Source of the DNA: Azolla caroliniana
Taxonomy: Eukaryota; Plantae; Polypodiophyta
NCBI GenBank assembly: GCA_043228905.1
Contig: JBHGNT010000014.1
Coordinates: forward strand, 10,354,001 to 10,418,000
Length of the DNA: 64,000 bases
Direction: 5' to 3'
Shown here: positions 13,342 to 24,613 of the stretch, one piece after another
How positions within the stretch are numbered: position 1 is the first letter of the stretch
Layout: each line of letters starts with the position of its first letter
Notes under the pieces: model-generated
Databases searched by the model: none
The model's input: the letters and a program-made list of their open reading frames with translations, nothing else
Told to the model about the DNA's origin: nothing
Program-made: the position numbers and the translations under genes

Positions 13342-15137
13342 TTAAAGGGTGCTTGAAGGCGTGCGGAGACTTGGGCCCCAACGACGAATTCAGTGGCGTT
13401 GTGGAGGCAGTCTCGTTCAATGACACCCTCAGGGAGATCAAGAAGGTGGTCTGGGGAGATCTAAGTGAAGACCAGACGATACTGGTCAATTCGGTCAAAA
13501 TGTATGAAGTCATCGCGGACTTCGACAGAAAGGTCGAATTGGGTCAAACTGTCTGAGTCGACACCAAATACAAGACTGTGGACCAGAAGTTGAGGCCAGT
13601 CGCAACTCCCTAACCAAGGACAGCTGGGAGAGGATGAAAGGGGTCACAACCGATGAAACTCTACCGACTTTGAAGATCATTGGGGGTGGCTTCGTACCGC
13701 AGGCAGAGGAGGACTGGTTTCTGAGAATGCTCGAGGTGCACAGGAAGGTCCTTGCATTCTCAACCCGACAATCGTGGAACCGATGGTGATCTTCATGGTA
13801 CCGCATGTACTGTGGAATCTCAAACTGATTCCGGTGCCGAGAGCTCACATTTTGAAGTTGATGGAGCTACTCAAGGAAAAGGTCGATATGAGGATCCTCA
13901 AGCCGTCGAGTGCCCCATATTCAAATCGGTGGTTTACCGTGCCAAAGAAGAACGACACATTACACTTCATTCAAGACCTGCAACCGATCAATAAAGTGAC
14001 CATTCGGAACGTAGGGATCATGCCGACAATCGATGAGTTCGCGGAGGCCTTTGCTAGAAGGTCTATCTACTCAGTCGGCGACTTATACTCTAGGTACAAC
14101 CAATTCCAACTACCCATCAAAACCAGGACATCACGACTATGCGAACCCCTCTCGGCTTAGTTCGGATCTGTACCCTACATCAGGGAGGAACCAATTCGGT
14201 GGCGCACATGGTGAACACAATGAACAAGGTGTTGAGGGATTGCATCCCGGACATCACCATGCTATTTTTGGACGACATATCGATCAAGCGATGTTTAGAG
14301 GAAGTGAAGGACAAGTCAGTCGAAGGGGACGGATGCTAGAAATTGGTTGCAAACCACATATCTGATTGCGAGATGATATTGCAGAGGCTGGAGGGTGCTC
14401 GGTTTACATTCTCCATGGAGAGTTGGTGTTCAAACAATCGGAGGTCTTTGTGCTTGGACACCTGTAAGGACCATACGACCGGAAACCATCTTCGGCCAAG
14501 GTACAGGCCATCTCAGCAATGAAGGAAGAGTGCAGGTCGGTCATAGAAGTCCAACCGTTCCTTGGAGCATGCGCCTTCTACCACATTTGGATTCCCCATT
14601 ACGTGCATATCGTTGAGCCACTCTATGGATTGTTGAACAAAGGGAAGAAATTCGAATGGGGCAAAGAGCACTCGGAGGCAATTCGGGGACTAAAGGGCAT
14701 GTTGACGGCAACACCGGCTCTCTGGAAAGCGGTGTACAAGGCGGGCACTCCAATTTATGTGACGGTCGACACGAGTCCAACCGGAATGGGATGGGTGATC
14801 AACCAGGGTGATGAAGGCAGAACACGATTTTCCATCCGGTTCAGTGCGAAGGTGCTAAGCGAGTGACAACGAAGATACGCCCAAGTTAAACGCAAATTGT
14901 GGGGTATTGTTTCGGCAGTTAAGGCCAATAAGGATTACTTGATCAAGACGTAGGTAATTATCGAGATAGACTGCCTACCTGTTCTCAGTATAGTGTCCGG
15001 ATGCACGACTCCGAATATGGCAATGCTCAAGTGGATCACGTACATAAAGTTCCTTAATCTGGAGATACGACATGTCTCTAGGAAATAGAATACCATGGTC
15101 GACATGCTATCAAGAGCACAGTACGACAATGAAGACG
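13342..15137 (+). mobile_element. Degenerate Ty3/gypsy copy 3 (RT-RH portion) of the 21642-28962 family
   Basis: EPMVIFMVPHVLWNLK, YSNRWFTVPKKN, FLDDISIK and VTVDTSPTG motifs, with many disruptions. Confidence 0.9.
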
Positions 15138-15720
15138 TGTAAAGAAATATTTGCAGAACCTTGTAGACTTCACCGACTTCACCGTATATTAACAGAAATA
15201 TTGTGCAAGGTTAATGGAACCATCAAACACACACATAGAGTACGCGGTGTCACGGTATTCTGCGGGTACGTGTAGGATCAGAGGCGGGACCAGCGGGGTC
15301 TTGGACTAGAGAGAGACGGATCCGGAAGAACCGATCTTTGCCTGTGCCAATTACGCCGGTTGTGACTCCAACTGGAGCGTTTCGGGATACGTATCGGAAG
15401 CAATCAAATGAGAAAAAGAGAGATGCATGCTCACTCGCACACACACACTGTATACAGAAAACTGGAAAAGAAAGTGAAATATCTGACACAGAGAGACACA
15501 ATTACGCACAACCATACCACCGTCGTGGTGTCGAGTCGTACTTGGTGTTGGCGCACTCGCTACAAGAGTTGAACCACCACAAAACAGAGTCTCGACGTAG
15601 TCAAAAGATGATGAAATGAGGGTAGCTAGGCCTCTTATTTATAGCGATACCCAAGGATCCCATGCAAGTTCACACTTGGCCTAATGGGTTGTCTCATTCC
15701 CGAGGATTAAAAGTAATCCC
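15138..15720 (-). mobile_element. Truncated LTR, same family as solo LTR 30783-31237
   Basis: 15510-15720 reverse-complement matches 30885-31090 (TATAAATAAGAGGCCTAGCTACCCTCATTT core). Ends ...TTTACA on minus at 15138. Confidence 0.75.
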
Positions 15721-17656
15721 GCCCAATAATGATGGGGTTTCCATCCGGTAGTGGAAATAGATGTGTCAGACTTTGCTATCGGCGCTATCGTCTCACAACC
15801 CAATAATGATGGGGTATACCATCCGGTAGCTTACTACTCGTGTAAATTCATGGCTCTTGAGATCAACTAACCAATCTATGACAAGGAACTTGCAACCATT
15901 ATCTCTACGTTCGAGAAATGGAGGCCTTACCTACTTGGGGCTCAACACCGTGTTCCGGTCATAATCGACCACAAAAGCCTTCTCTATTTTTCTTCTACCC
16001 CCACCTTGAATGGTTGACAAGCTCGATGGTCAATTTTCCTTGCCGACTATGACTTCGAAATCACGTTTTGTCCAGGACACCAGCATAGCAAAGCCGATGC
16101 TCTTTCTAGGTGGCTAGAGCTGATCTCTCATACCTTTTGGTGGCCCCAACAGTGGAAGCTAGTGAAAGACTTCATCAAGACTTGTGACATCTGTGCTCGA
16201 TCCAAAATAATCCATCATTGCCCATATGGACTACTTCGACCTCTCCCACTATCGAATCGGTCGTGGTCATCTATATCTATGGACTTCATCATCGACTTGC
16301 CACTCTCTGAGGGACACGAGTCCATCTTGGTAGTCGTGGACCGATTTACCAAAATGGCACATTTTATACCATGTTCCAAAACCATCTCAGGCTTAGAGAC
16401 AATGAATCTAATATTAACGAATGTCGTGCGCCTCCATGGGTTACCAGATGGCATCATCTCAGATCGTGGTGCCCCATTTATTTCCCATTTTTGGAAACAT
16501 CTCTTCCATATTCTCGGCACCACCACCAAGTTATCGATGGCATTCCATCCACAAACAGATGGGCAGACGGAACTCGTAAATCAAGTACTAGAACAATATC
16601 TTCAATGTGTGGTGAGTTACCAGCACGACAATTGGACTACATTCCTCCCGTTGGCTGAATTCGCTTATAATAACACCCTTCATTCATCCATTGGAAACTC
16701 CCTGTTCTTTGCCAACTTTGGTTTCCAACCTCGTTTCAGAATATCCCTCCCCTCCAGTTCAGTGAACCCCTCCCCTTGGCTGAAGAGCAGGCACGTCGTC
16801 TAAAAGAAATCCACCAAGATCTAACTCTTGAGCTCGTTAATGCGCAAGATCGGCAAAAGGCAACAACCAATAATCTATGGGCTCCAGCACCCAACTTTCA
16901 AGTAGGTGACATAGTTTGGCTACTACGGCGCAATATTATGACCACTTGTCCATGTGCCAAACTAGATTACACAAAATTGGGCCCCTTCCGTATCTCCAAG
17001 TGTATCAGTCTCATGGCCTATCGGCTCGACCTTCCACCCCACTATCACATCCATGACGTTTTCCATGTATCCCTTTTGGAGGTTTACCATCCCTCTGTAC
17101 TTCCTAGGTGGCAACACGCTCGACCACCGCCCATCAAGTTGGAGTCTGGCAATGAGTATGAAGTTGAAGAAATCCTCGCCTCCAAGCATCTACGTCGAAA
17201 ACTCTATTATCTGGTACGTTGGAAAGGATACTCGATATCTGAAGCTACTTGGGAACCTTAACACAATTTGACGAGTGGAGTCGAGGCAGTTCGTGATTTC
17301 CATCTTCGTTATCCACACAAGCCTGCGCCGCTTGCAAGTTGATGATAAACATGGGGGATAATATCACAGACATGACAACAGTCCAATCTACAAGGATATG
17401 CATAATTGTTCCTTGTAGCTTTTAAGCTAGCATCATGAGCATAATTGCTCCCTTGTATTATTCACACTTGGCACATGCATGCATACATACATGCTCTATT
17501 GTATCACATGCACGCAACAGGCATGCATGCTGCTTAGTATAAATATTTGAGTTCACCTTGAATGAATTCAAGGTGAACAACACCAATTAATGATATTTGA
17601 TCTTTTACGCTTGTCAATCATATCCTTGTAGTTCCATTCCTCTTCTGTCCTTAACA
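15721..17656 (+). mobile_element. Degenerate chromovirus 3' half: RH, INT, chromodomain, PPT, 3' LTR (about 17362-17656)
   Basis: ISMDFIIDLP, SDRG, HPQTDGQTE, KLGPF and EYEVEEIL...YLVRWKGY..ATWEP chromodomain. GGGGGATA PPT at about 17352. Related to 33496-39162. Confidence 0.88.
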
Positions 17657-18499
17657 TAAGGAACATGATGGGACTATGACAAACAACAGAAAGGAGTCAA
17701 ACGAACAATAGTGGAAGGAAAGTTGAAGATCAGCCCGATTGGACGAGCTGAAAAGGCAAAGTCCAAAGAATCAGAATGTCGTGAGGCTGAAGACGCAGCA
17801 ATGAGCGAGCATACCAACTGGAGAGGAGACGATCGAGGGGCGAACGAACCCGAAAATAAATCGAGGACCTAGTGAGGAGCATAGGAGAGAGTGTGTATGT
17901 GGAGCACACGATCGAATAGAGGTTGAGAGTCAGAATCGAACATGAGTTGATCCGATTGAATGAGCTGATTTGGATGCAAGCTTATCTGAACCAGTTGATT
18001 CGACCGATCTAGTCCAGCCAACTCGGACTACATATGATCCAGATGACTAGCCGAATTAGGCTAGACCCTCCTGACTTTACCTTTGCAGATTCATCCAAAT
18101 GTCGATTGTCTTGTATGTATACAATTGTAACTACGGATTAAAATTGTAATCTAGGTGCACGGGGGAGATAACCCCAATTATTCATATACATAGGAAGAGT
18201 AACCCTTTATGGGGGAGTTTGTTGGTATAAAAGGCTGACTCCTTCCAAATTGTATCCTTAAGTGTGAACACGTTCTCAAGTTATGGCTTCTGTATATAAG
18301 CCTAAACGTAACATTGTAAAGAGTGAGAGAGAGTTATAGAAGAGAATAACAAGTTTCCATTAAAGCTTCATCTTACTTCCCTTCACACTGTGTTGATTCT
18401 ACTACTCTCTTGTACATGTTGTTTCCTTGGCATCACCTTGTAGGTCCTCACATATTCCTCCGCATATCATATTCTACAATCTGGAACATAGGCCTTCCC

Positions 18500-18884
18500 A
18501 TTGCGGTAGAGTAGACCATTAGCAATGTGGAAGGATTCCTTCGAGGGTCTGGTTATGTCCATTTTAGACTCAACTCTTGCCTGGTATTTTCCAAAATAAT
18601 TGTCATCAAGATACTTTCCTCAAATGTGATCATAAAGATGCAATGTAAATTTAGTGAAGCTAAGCATGTTAACTTCACGGATGTGACTGAGTGCATCAAC
18701 GATAGTGTTCATGGAACCTTTACACTATCATACGGAAAAATCAAAGTCATGGATGAGATTTGGGCATCGTGCCTTGCAACCCTTAAGATCTTGTTGGTCA
18801 CAAAATTATTTTAAGGACTTGTGGTCTATGGTTACAACAAAATCATTTCCATAAAGATAATGGAGCCATGACTTTAGCGCATGG
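18500..18884 (-). mobile_element. RNase H fragment of old host gypsy element (continuation of 32347-32870)
   Basis: Minus translation WLHYLYGNDFVVTIDHKSLK...NTIVDALSHI. Joined to 32347 once the copia 18890-32341 and one ATAAC copy are removed. Confidence 0.75.
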
Positions 18885-21800
18885 ATAACTGTTGAGATAC
18901 AAGCTCAACATTGGCCGGATCGGCTGTGCAAACTGAGAACCGGATTGGTAGGGACCGATCGGTTAGGCCGGACCGGTGCGTAACGAGAGGCCATATCGGT
19001 GCGTAAACCGAAAGGCCGTTAGAGAGATATTCCTCGTAAGGAATAGTTTTGGGAGTAAGTGTCGAGGCTCATTTATGAGCAGTCAAGTACTGTCAGTACT
19101 TGTGTCAGCCCATTGTTAGGGCTTGTATAAAAGGTGCTCACTAAGCATGATGTAAAGATAGAGTTAGTATATTTTGAATTTAATTCTTGTGTGTTCTCTC
19201 TCTGTCTCTCCCGCGTATTGTGCATACTCAAGCTCTCCATTAAACCTGCGTATTTTTTGTGTGTTTGGTTTTCTATTGCTTCCGCACATAATCTTTTACA
19301 TGGTATCAGAGTGCGAGGGTTGAGAACCTCTGCAGCCGACATAACTTGAAAGAAAAAAACCAACCAAGAAGAATAGGCAAAACCGATGGATAGAGGCATG
19401 GCTAGCTCGCTTCCAATAGAGAAGCTCGACAGAAACAACTACGCGTCTTGGTCTTACAAGATGCACCAGTACCTACTCGGACACGGTTACTGGAGCTATG
19501 TCGATGGAGCAAATGACACAACACCCGATTCGACACACAAAGACTTCCTGGCTTGGGAACAGTCGGCGAGCAGAGTATTGTACTGCTTCGCGTCTTGTGT
19601 GGGAGAACAGCTCCTGAGCTATATTCGGGATGCGAAAACGCCAAAGGATGCTTGGGGAAATCTAAAGAAGATCTTTGTCGCAAGCACCACAGCCAGGAAG
19701 CTTCAACTCCGACAAGAGCTGAGCAATTTACGACCACGCGACTTGTTGATGGCTAATTACACCTCGAAGATCAAAGATATATGTGATTCTCTAGCCTCTA
19801 TCGATGTGAACGTCGAGGAAGGCGAGATGGTGCAAATTTGTCTCGGGGGACTGGCGTCGAAGTTCGGAGTGTTCCGAACTGCTGTGTGTACACGGGAGAA
19901 TACGCCGTCATTTTTCAACTTACAGTCGATGCTCCTTATAGAGGAGAACCACGCGGGTGCGTTGACAAGCACGCATGCCGACAGCAAGATGTTGTACACG
20001 GAGGTAGATAGGCCCCGTGGTCATGGCGGACGAGGCGAGTCGGTACGCAATGGACACGACTGACGGGATCAAGGAAGAAGGCACCGAAGTGATGTTGACA
20101 GCAACTCCGGACCCTCCGGAAACAGGGGGAGTGGAGGCGACGAGAACCGGCAAGGGAAATCCGCCGCGGAATGCTGGTACTGTGGCAAGAAAGGCCACAG
20201 GGAGAGCGAGTGCTGGAAAAAGCGCGCCGATTCGAAGAGAACCAGGTCCAGATCAGGTTTCGGACAAATCGACAAAGGAAATCGGCAACGATTGCACTAC
20301 GCCAAAGGATTCAGAGAAGCCGAAAAAGGGTCAGTCTTCGTGACGAGACACGAAACAAACTCGATGAAGAAGTCCACTCCGAAATCGAAGGAGGTGTGGT
20401 ACATCGAATCCGGCGCGTCAAACCACATGACATGCCACAAGGAGTGGTTCTCATACCTGGAAAAACCGATGCAACCAGGAGTAGTCGCAACCGGAGACGA
20501 CACTCCGCATCCGATCGCGAATGTCGGTGAAGTTCCCTTGAGCCATGTCGGGCAGAAAGGAAAACTTATGAATGTGCTACACATCCCAACAATCACGAAG
20601 AATCTGGTGTCGGTCGGGCAGATCGTTGACCAAGGGATGCAAGTCTGGTTCACACATCTCGGGTGCTTCATCAAGGAAGAAGGTCGAGTTATTGCGCAAG
20701 GGCGCAGAGACGGGAGGATGTTTATCCTCAACTCTAGTGACGGTGGCACCGCAATGTTCGCGAAAGGACAAAAAGTCGAGTCGGACATCGACTTATGGCA
20801 CAAGCGGATAGGCCACATCAACTATCAATGGTTTCAGGACCTACAATCGAAACAGGTGGTGTTTGGATTGCCCAGATTTAGTGGCTGAAAGGCACAAATT
20901 TGTGAAGCCTGCCAACTCGGGAAGCAACACCGACTTCCCTTCCCTAACGAGCATAACCGGAGCCGGAACAAGCTCAACTTGATACATTCCGATGTATGGG
21001 GGCCGGCACAGAACGTTAGTCTTGGCGGGAGTCAATATTTCGTCTCCTTCATCAACGACTATACGCGGCACATGTGGATCTACCTTATTGAGAAGAAGAG
21101 TGAAGTCTTTGACTGTTTTCGGGACCTTGAAGGGTTCGTGGAAACGGAAACAAGACGAAAGATCAAGTGCCTGCAGTCGGATGGCGGAAAAGAGTACCCG
21201 GTCAATTCAACGGGTATCTATAGCAGATGGGAATTTGGCGCGAATTCCGTTGTAGATACATGCCAGAACAAAACGGCGTGGCCGAGAGGAAGAATCGGTC
21301 GATTGTGGAAGCGGCGCGGGCAAAGCTAGAAGAAAAGAGCTTGCCCAAGTTCTATTGGGCCGAGGCGGTATGAACCGCGGTATACATCCAAAATCGGATC
21401 CGAGAAAAAGTGTCGGCGCATGAGCAGTATTTCGGAAGGAAGCCGAATCTACGACACTTGAGAGTTTTCAGTACCATTGCGTATGTGCATGTGCCAAAGG
21501 AGAAACGGAGGAAGCTAGACGCGAAAGCCGAGAAGAGTATCTTGGTTGGCTATTCGGACAAGCAAAAGGGTTATAAGTGTTATAACCCACGCACCAAACA
21601 AGCGCGCATGAGCCGCGACGTTGTGTTTGATGAGTCCGCGTTGTCGTGAAGAAAACCGTCCATAAGCGGAATCGGCGCACCAAGGCGTGGGAACCGGTTC
21701 TTCACGCGCGCACGCTCCAAGTTGTACATAGAAGCGAATTAGGAGGATAATCGGCGGGAACGGGCCCTAACACAAGTGGAGACAAAGACCGCGCGAACAG

Positions 21801-22446
21801 TCTTTTCGGTCGCGCGCGCGAGCTAAGGAACTGTACGAGTCGGCGGCGTAACTACGCGGATGCGCGAAGAACGGAGCGGATCCCTGTTCGAAAGGGACAG
21901 GGAATAAAGCTGACATGACGGCCTGCTCGTCGGCCTATATAAGGAGCAGGAAAGAGCTGTTGCAGGCATCTGGGCAGAGAGGACGAAGTGCTGTCGGACC
22001 GTTTCTGGACGCTCCTCCCTCTATTTCCTTCCTTCTTGAGCTCCATAGCTTTCTGTGCAGGGTTCCGAGGAGGCTCGCGCTGTTTCGAGGAACGCCCGAG
22101 TGCTTCCGGCAGCACCTCCGACCTGCTACCCCCCCCCCCCCTTTTTGTGCGTCGAAGCGAACAGGCATCGGCATCTGTTCGCCGGCCTGTTCGGTTGTAA
22201 CCAACCTGTGCCCCATCGAGGGTTGTAGTCGTGTTAGCCATTTTGTTAATATACATATTTAGTCATTCGCATCTGTCTGTGTCGGTGTCTGTTCGCGTTC
22301 TCCGTGCTGAAGGGCCGTGTCCCTGTGTATCCCCGGTCCTGCGTAGCCGGTTCTCTCTCTTTCTCCTCCCTCGCTTGCTCTTTGGTTCGAGACCCCCGCG
22401 GTCCCGCCTCGATTCCACACGCACTTGCGTAATATCTCGACATCTT

Positions 22447-22464
22447 TGGTGAACCCGACGTGAA
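22447..22464 (+). promoter_or_regulatory. Primer binding site complementary to tRNA-Trp 3' end
   Basis: TGGTGAACCCGACGTGAA is the reverse complement of the plant cytosolic tRNA-Trp 3' end (...TTCACGTCGGGTTCACCA, recalled), 4 nt after the LTR. Confidence 0.88.
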
Positions 22465-24613
22465 GGAGGCGGTAGAAGAGCAGAAGATGAGGGGGTCGGA
22501 TCTTGCAGAGGCCATGGCTTCGGCCGTGGATCGGATTGTAAACGCGCGCGAGGGCACCGGTGCCCTCGACAGAGCTATTGAGGCGGTCGTCGGCACGATC
22601 GGCCGGTTCGATGGGAAGGATGCCACGAAGTATTTGGCGTCCTACGGTGCAGAGATGCTGATGCGGGACATTCCGGAAGAAAGGCGTCTTGGCGGATTTC
22701 CCCGAGTGGCGATGCCGAGCATCCATGCGGAGGTGCTCGAGGTGCGGGCGGAGAGCCGTACCTGGGAGGAGTTCGAAGGTCGGCTCCTAGAGAAATACGG
22801 GCTGGACGACGCGCTCCGGCTTTCGAAGCGAAGGTTCATGGAATGGGTGGAGTCCCCGGGGAAGGGAAGAAACGCGTCGGCACTCCTCCGGGAGTTCGAG
22901 GAAAACTTTGCGCGCCTTTCGGCGCTCGACCGAACCATCCTGGACACGAGCCGGGTCTTGCTGTTTGTCAAGTCGGTCGACGAGCGGGATCGGGAGCAAG
23001 TGGGCCTCTTGCTGGAAACCGAAGACGGGCTCACTACCGACTGGGCGGCTGTCAAGAAAGTCTGTGGCCGTTTCGACAAACGGCGAGAATGGGCGGATAA
23101 CGGGGCAGCCGGGTCGGGCTCGGTCGTAGCAAGGAAGCTCGAACCAGCGCCACAGGTGCGAAAGGAAGAGACCCGAGAGTGGTTGGAAACCGGTTCGGCT
23201 TCGACCGGCGTAGTCAGAGGCTCAACCGGAGGAGCGGCGCTGGAGGAATTGACGAGGGCGATAAAGGACCTCCAAATCGCGCAAGCCCGAAGGGAAGGTG
23301 GCGAACCGGCTCGTGACCGACGGCCGGCGGCAGGAAACAGGTGCATGTGGTGCGATGAAGTCGGCCACATTCGGAAGGACTGCGGCGACTTCGCGGAGGC
23401 GCTGAGGAACAGGGTGGTGTACCTGTGGGAAGGACGGGTGCATGCCAGCGACACCCGAAGGGCCCTGAGCCGAAACGACGGGCGAGGTGGTATGAAAAGG
23501 TTGATGGAAGAGGCGGCGGCCCGACACGCGGAAACCGTCCACTACTCGGCGTCGGCCGGCATTCGAGTCGGGGGCGGCGAGGCCCGAAGGGAAAGCAAAG
23601 CCGGATTCTGGCCGACGATGCTGGAAGGCCTTGCCGGTGCAAGGCTTAAAAGGGAGGAATCGGACCGTGCGGAGAAACGGGTACGGGAGATGACCGGGTG
23701 GAGCGACCCTGTCGAGGAAAAGACGGACTTCGTGGAAGCCGCTTGCCAGAACTACGAGGCCCTGGTAGAAGAGAAGCGGGTGGGGAAACCCGGGACGACC
23801 GGGCCCTCACAACGATACGAGACCCGGTCCGGGCCACGACGGGACGAAGCCGGCGGGGCCGGTACGCAAGATAAACCCCAGAAGGGCGGGTACCGTCTGG
23901 GGACGGAGATAGAAAGGACCACGGACTTATGAAAGGTCCTGGAGGAACGGATCCTCGACAGCAAGGTGGAGTTGTCGTTACGAGAGGTGCTGGGAATCGC
24001 CAAGAAGGAGTTCCACGACTCCATCGTGGACTTGGTGAAACGGAAGAGGCTGTCAACGGAGACAGAACCGGAAAGACCGGTGGAAGTGCGGACGACGCAC
24101 CTAGACGACATGGCGCTGGGAGACGAGTGGGCGGAAAGCCACTATTCGAGACCACACTGGGCCCGAGCGACCACGGAAACCCCGGTGAAGATCGGCGATG
24201 TCCAGGAACCGGCGATAGCTTTGGTGGACCATGGATCGGAGATCAATTTGATGTCCATGGACTTCTATAAGAAGGGCAAATGGCCGATCAACACCAAGCA
24301 CGGGTGGAAAATAAGGGCAGCAACGCGCGCCACCGAGGAACTGCACGGGGCCTGTCCGAATGTGCGAGTCAAGATCAGCGACGTCGAGATTGACCAGCAC
24401 TTCTTCGTGCAGGAGACGTCTTCGCATCCGGTCATACTGGGAGAGCCGTACATCACGGCGGCGCGAATGGAGACCAAGGTGCTGGACAATGGTTCGGCCT
24501 ACGCGAGGGTCAAAAGCCAAGACGGGCGCCATTCGGTCCAGTTTCTGACGGTACGGCCGAACCACGAACGTAACCGCGACTCCCTCGGTTCCGAAAACCG
24601 AGAGGATTTTTAG
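22460..24613 (+). CDS. gag: Gag-protease polyprotein with one in-frame TGA at 23930-23932
   Basis: ORFs 22460-23932 and 23966-24613 share a frame. CCHC knuckle CMWCDEVGHIRKDC, aspartic protease LVDHGSEIN...ILG. The paralog has CGA at the TGA position. The first ATG is at 22487. Confidence 0.88.

Noticed and set aside
17657-18500. Definable LTR element
   Set aside because: TE-like composition and a TATA-like site, but no partner LTR, TSD or domain could be fixed
21852-22452. ORFs within the gypsy LTR
   Set aside because: Frames differ between the two LTRs because of the poly-C length, and there are no protein motifs
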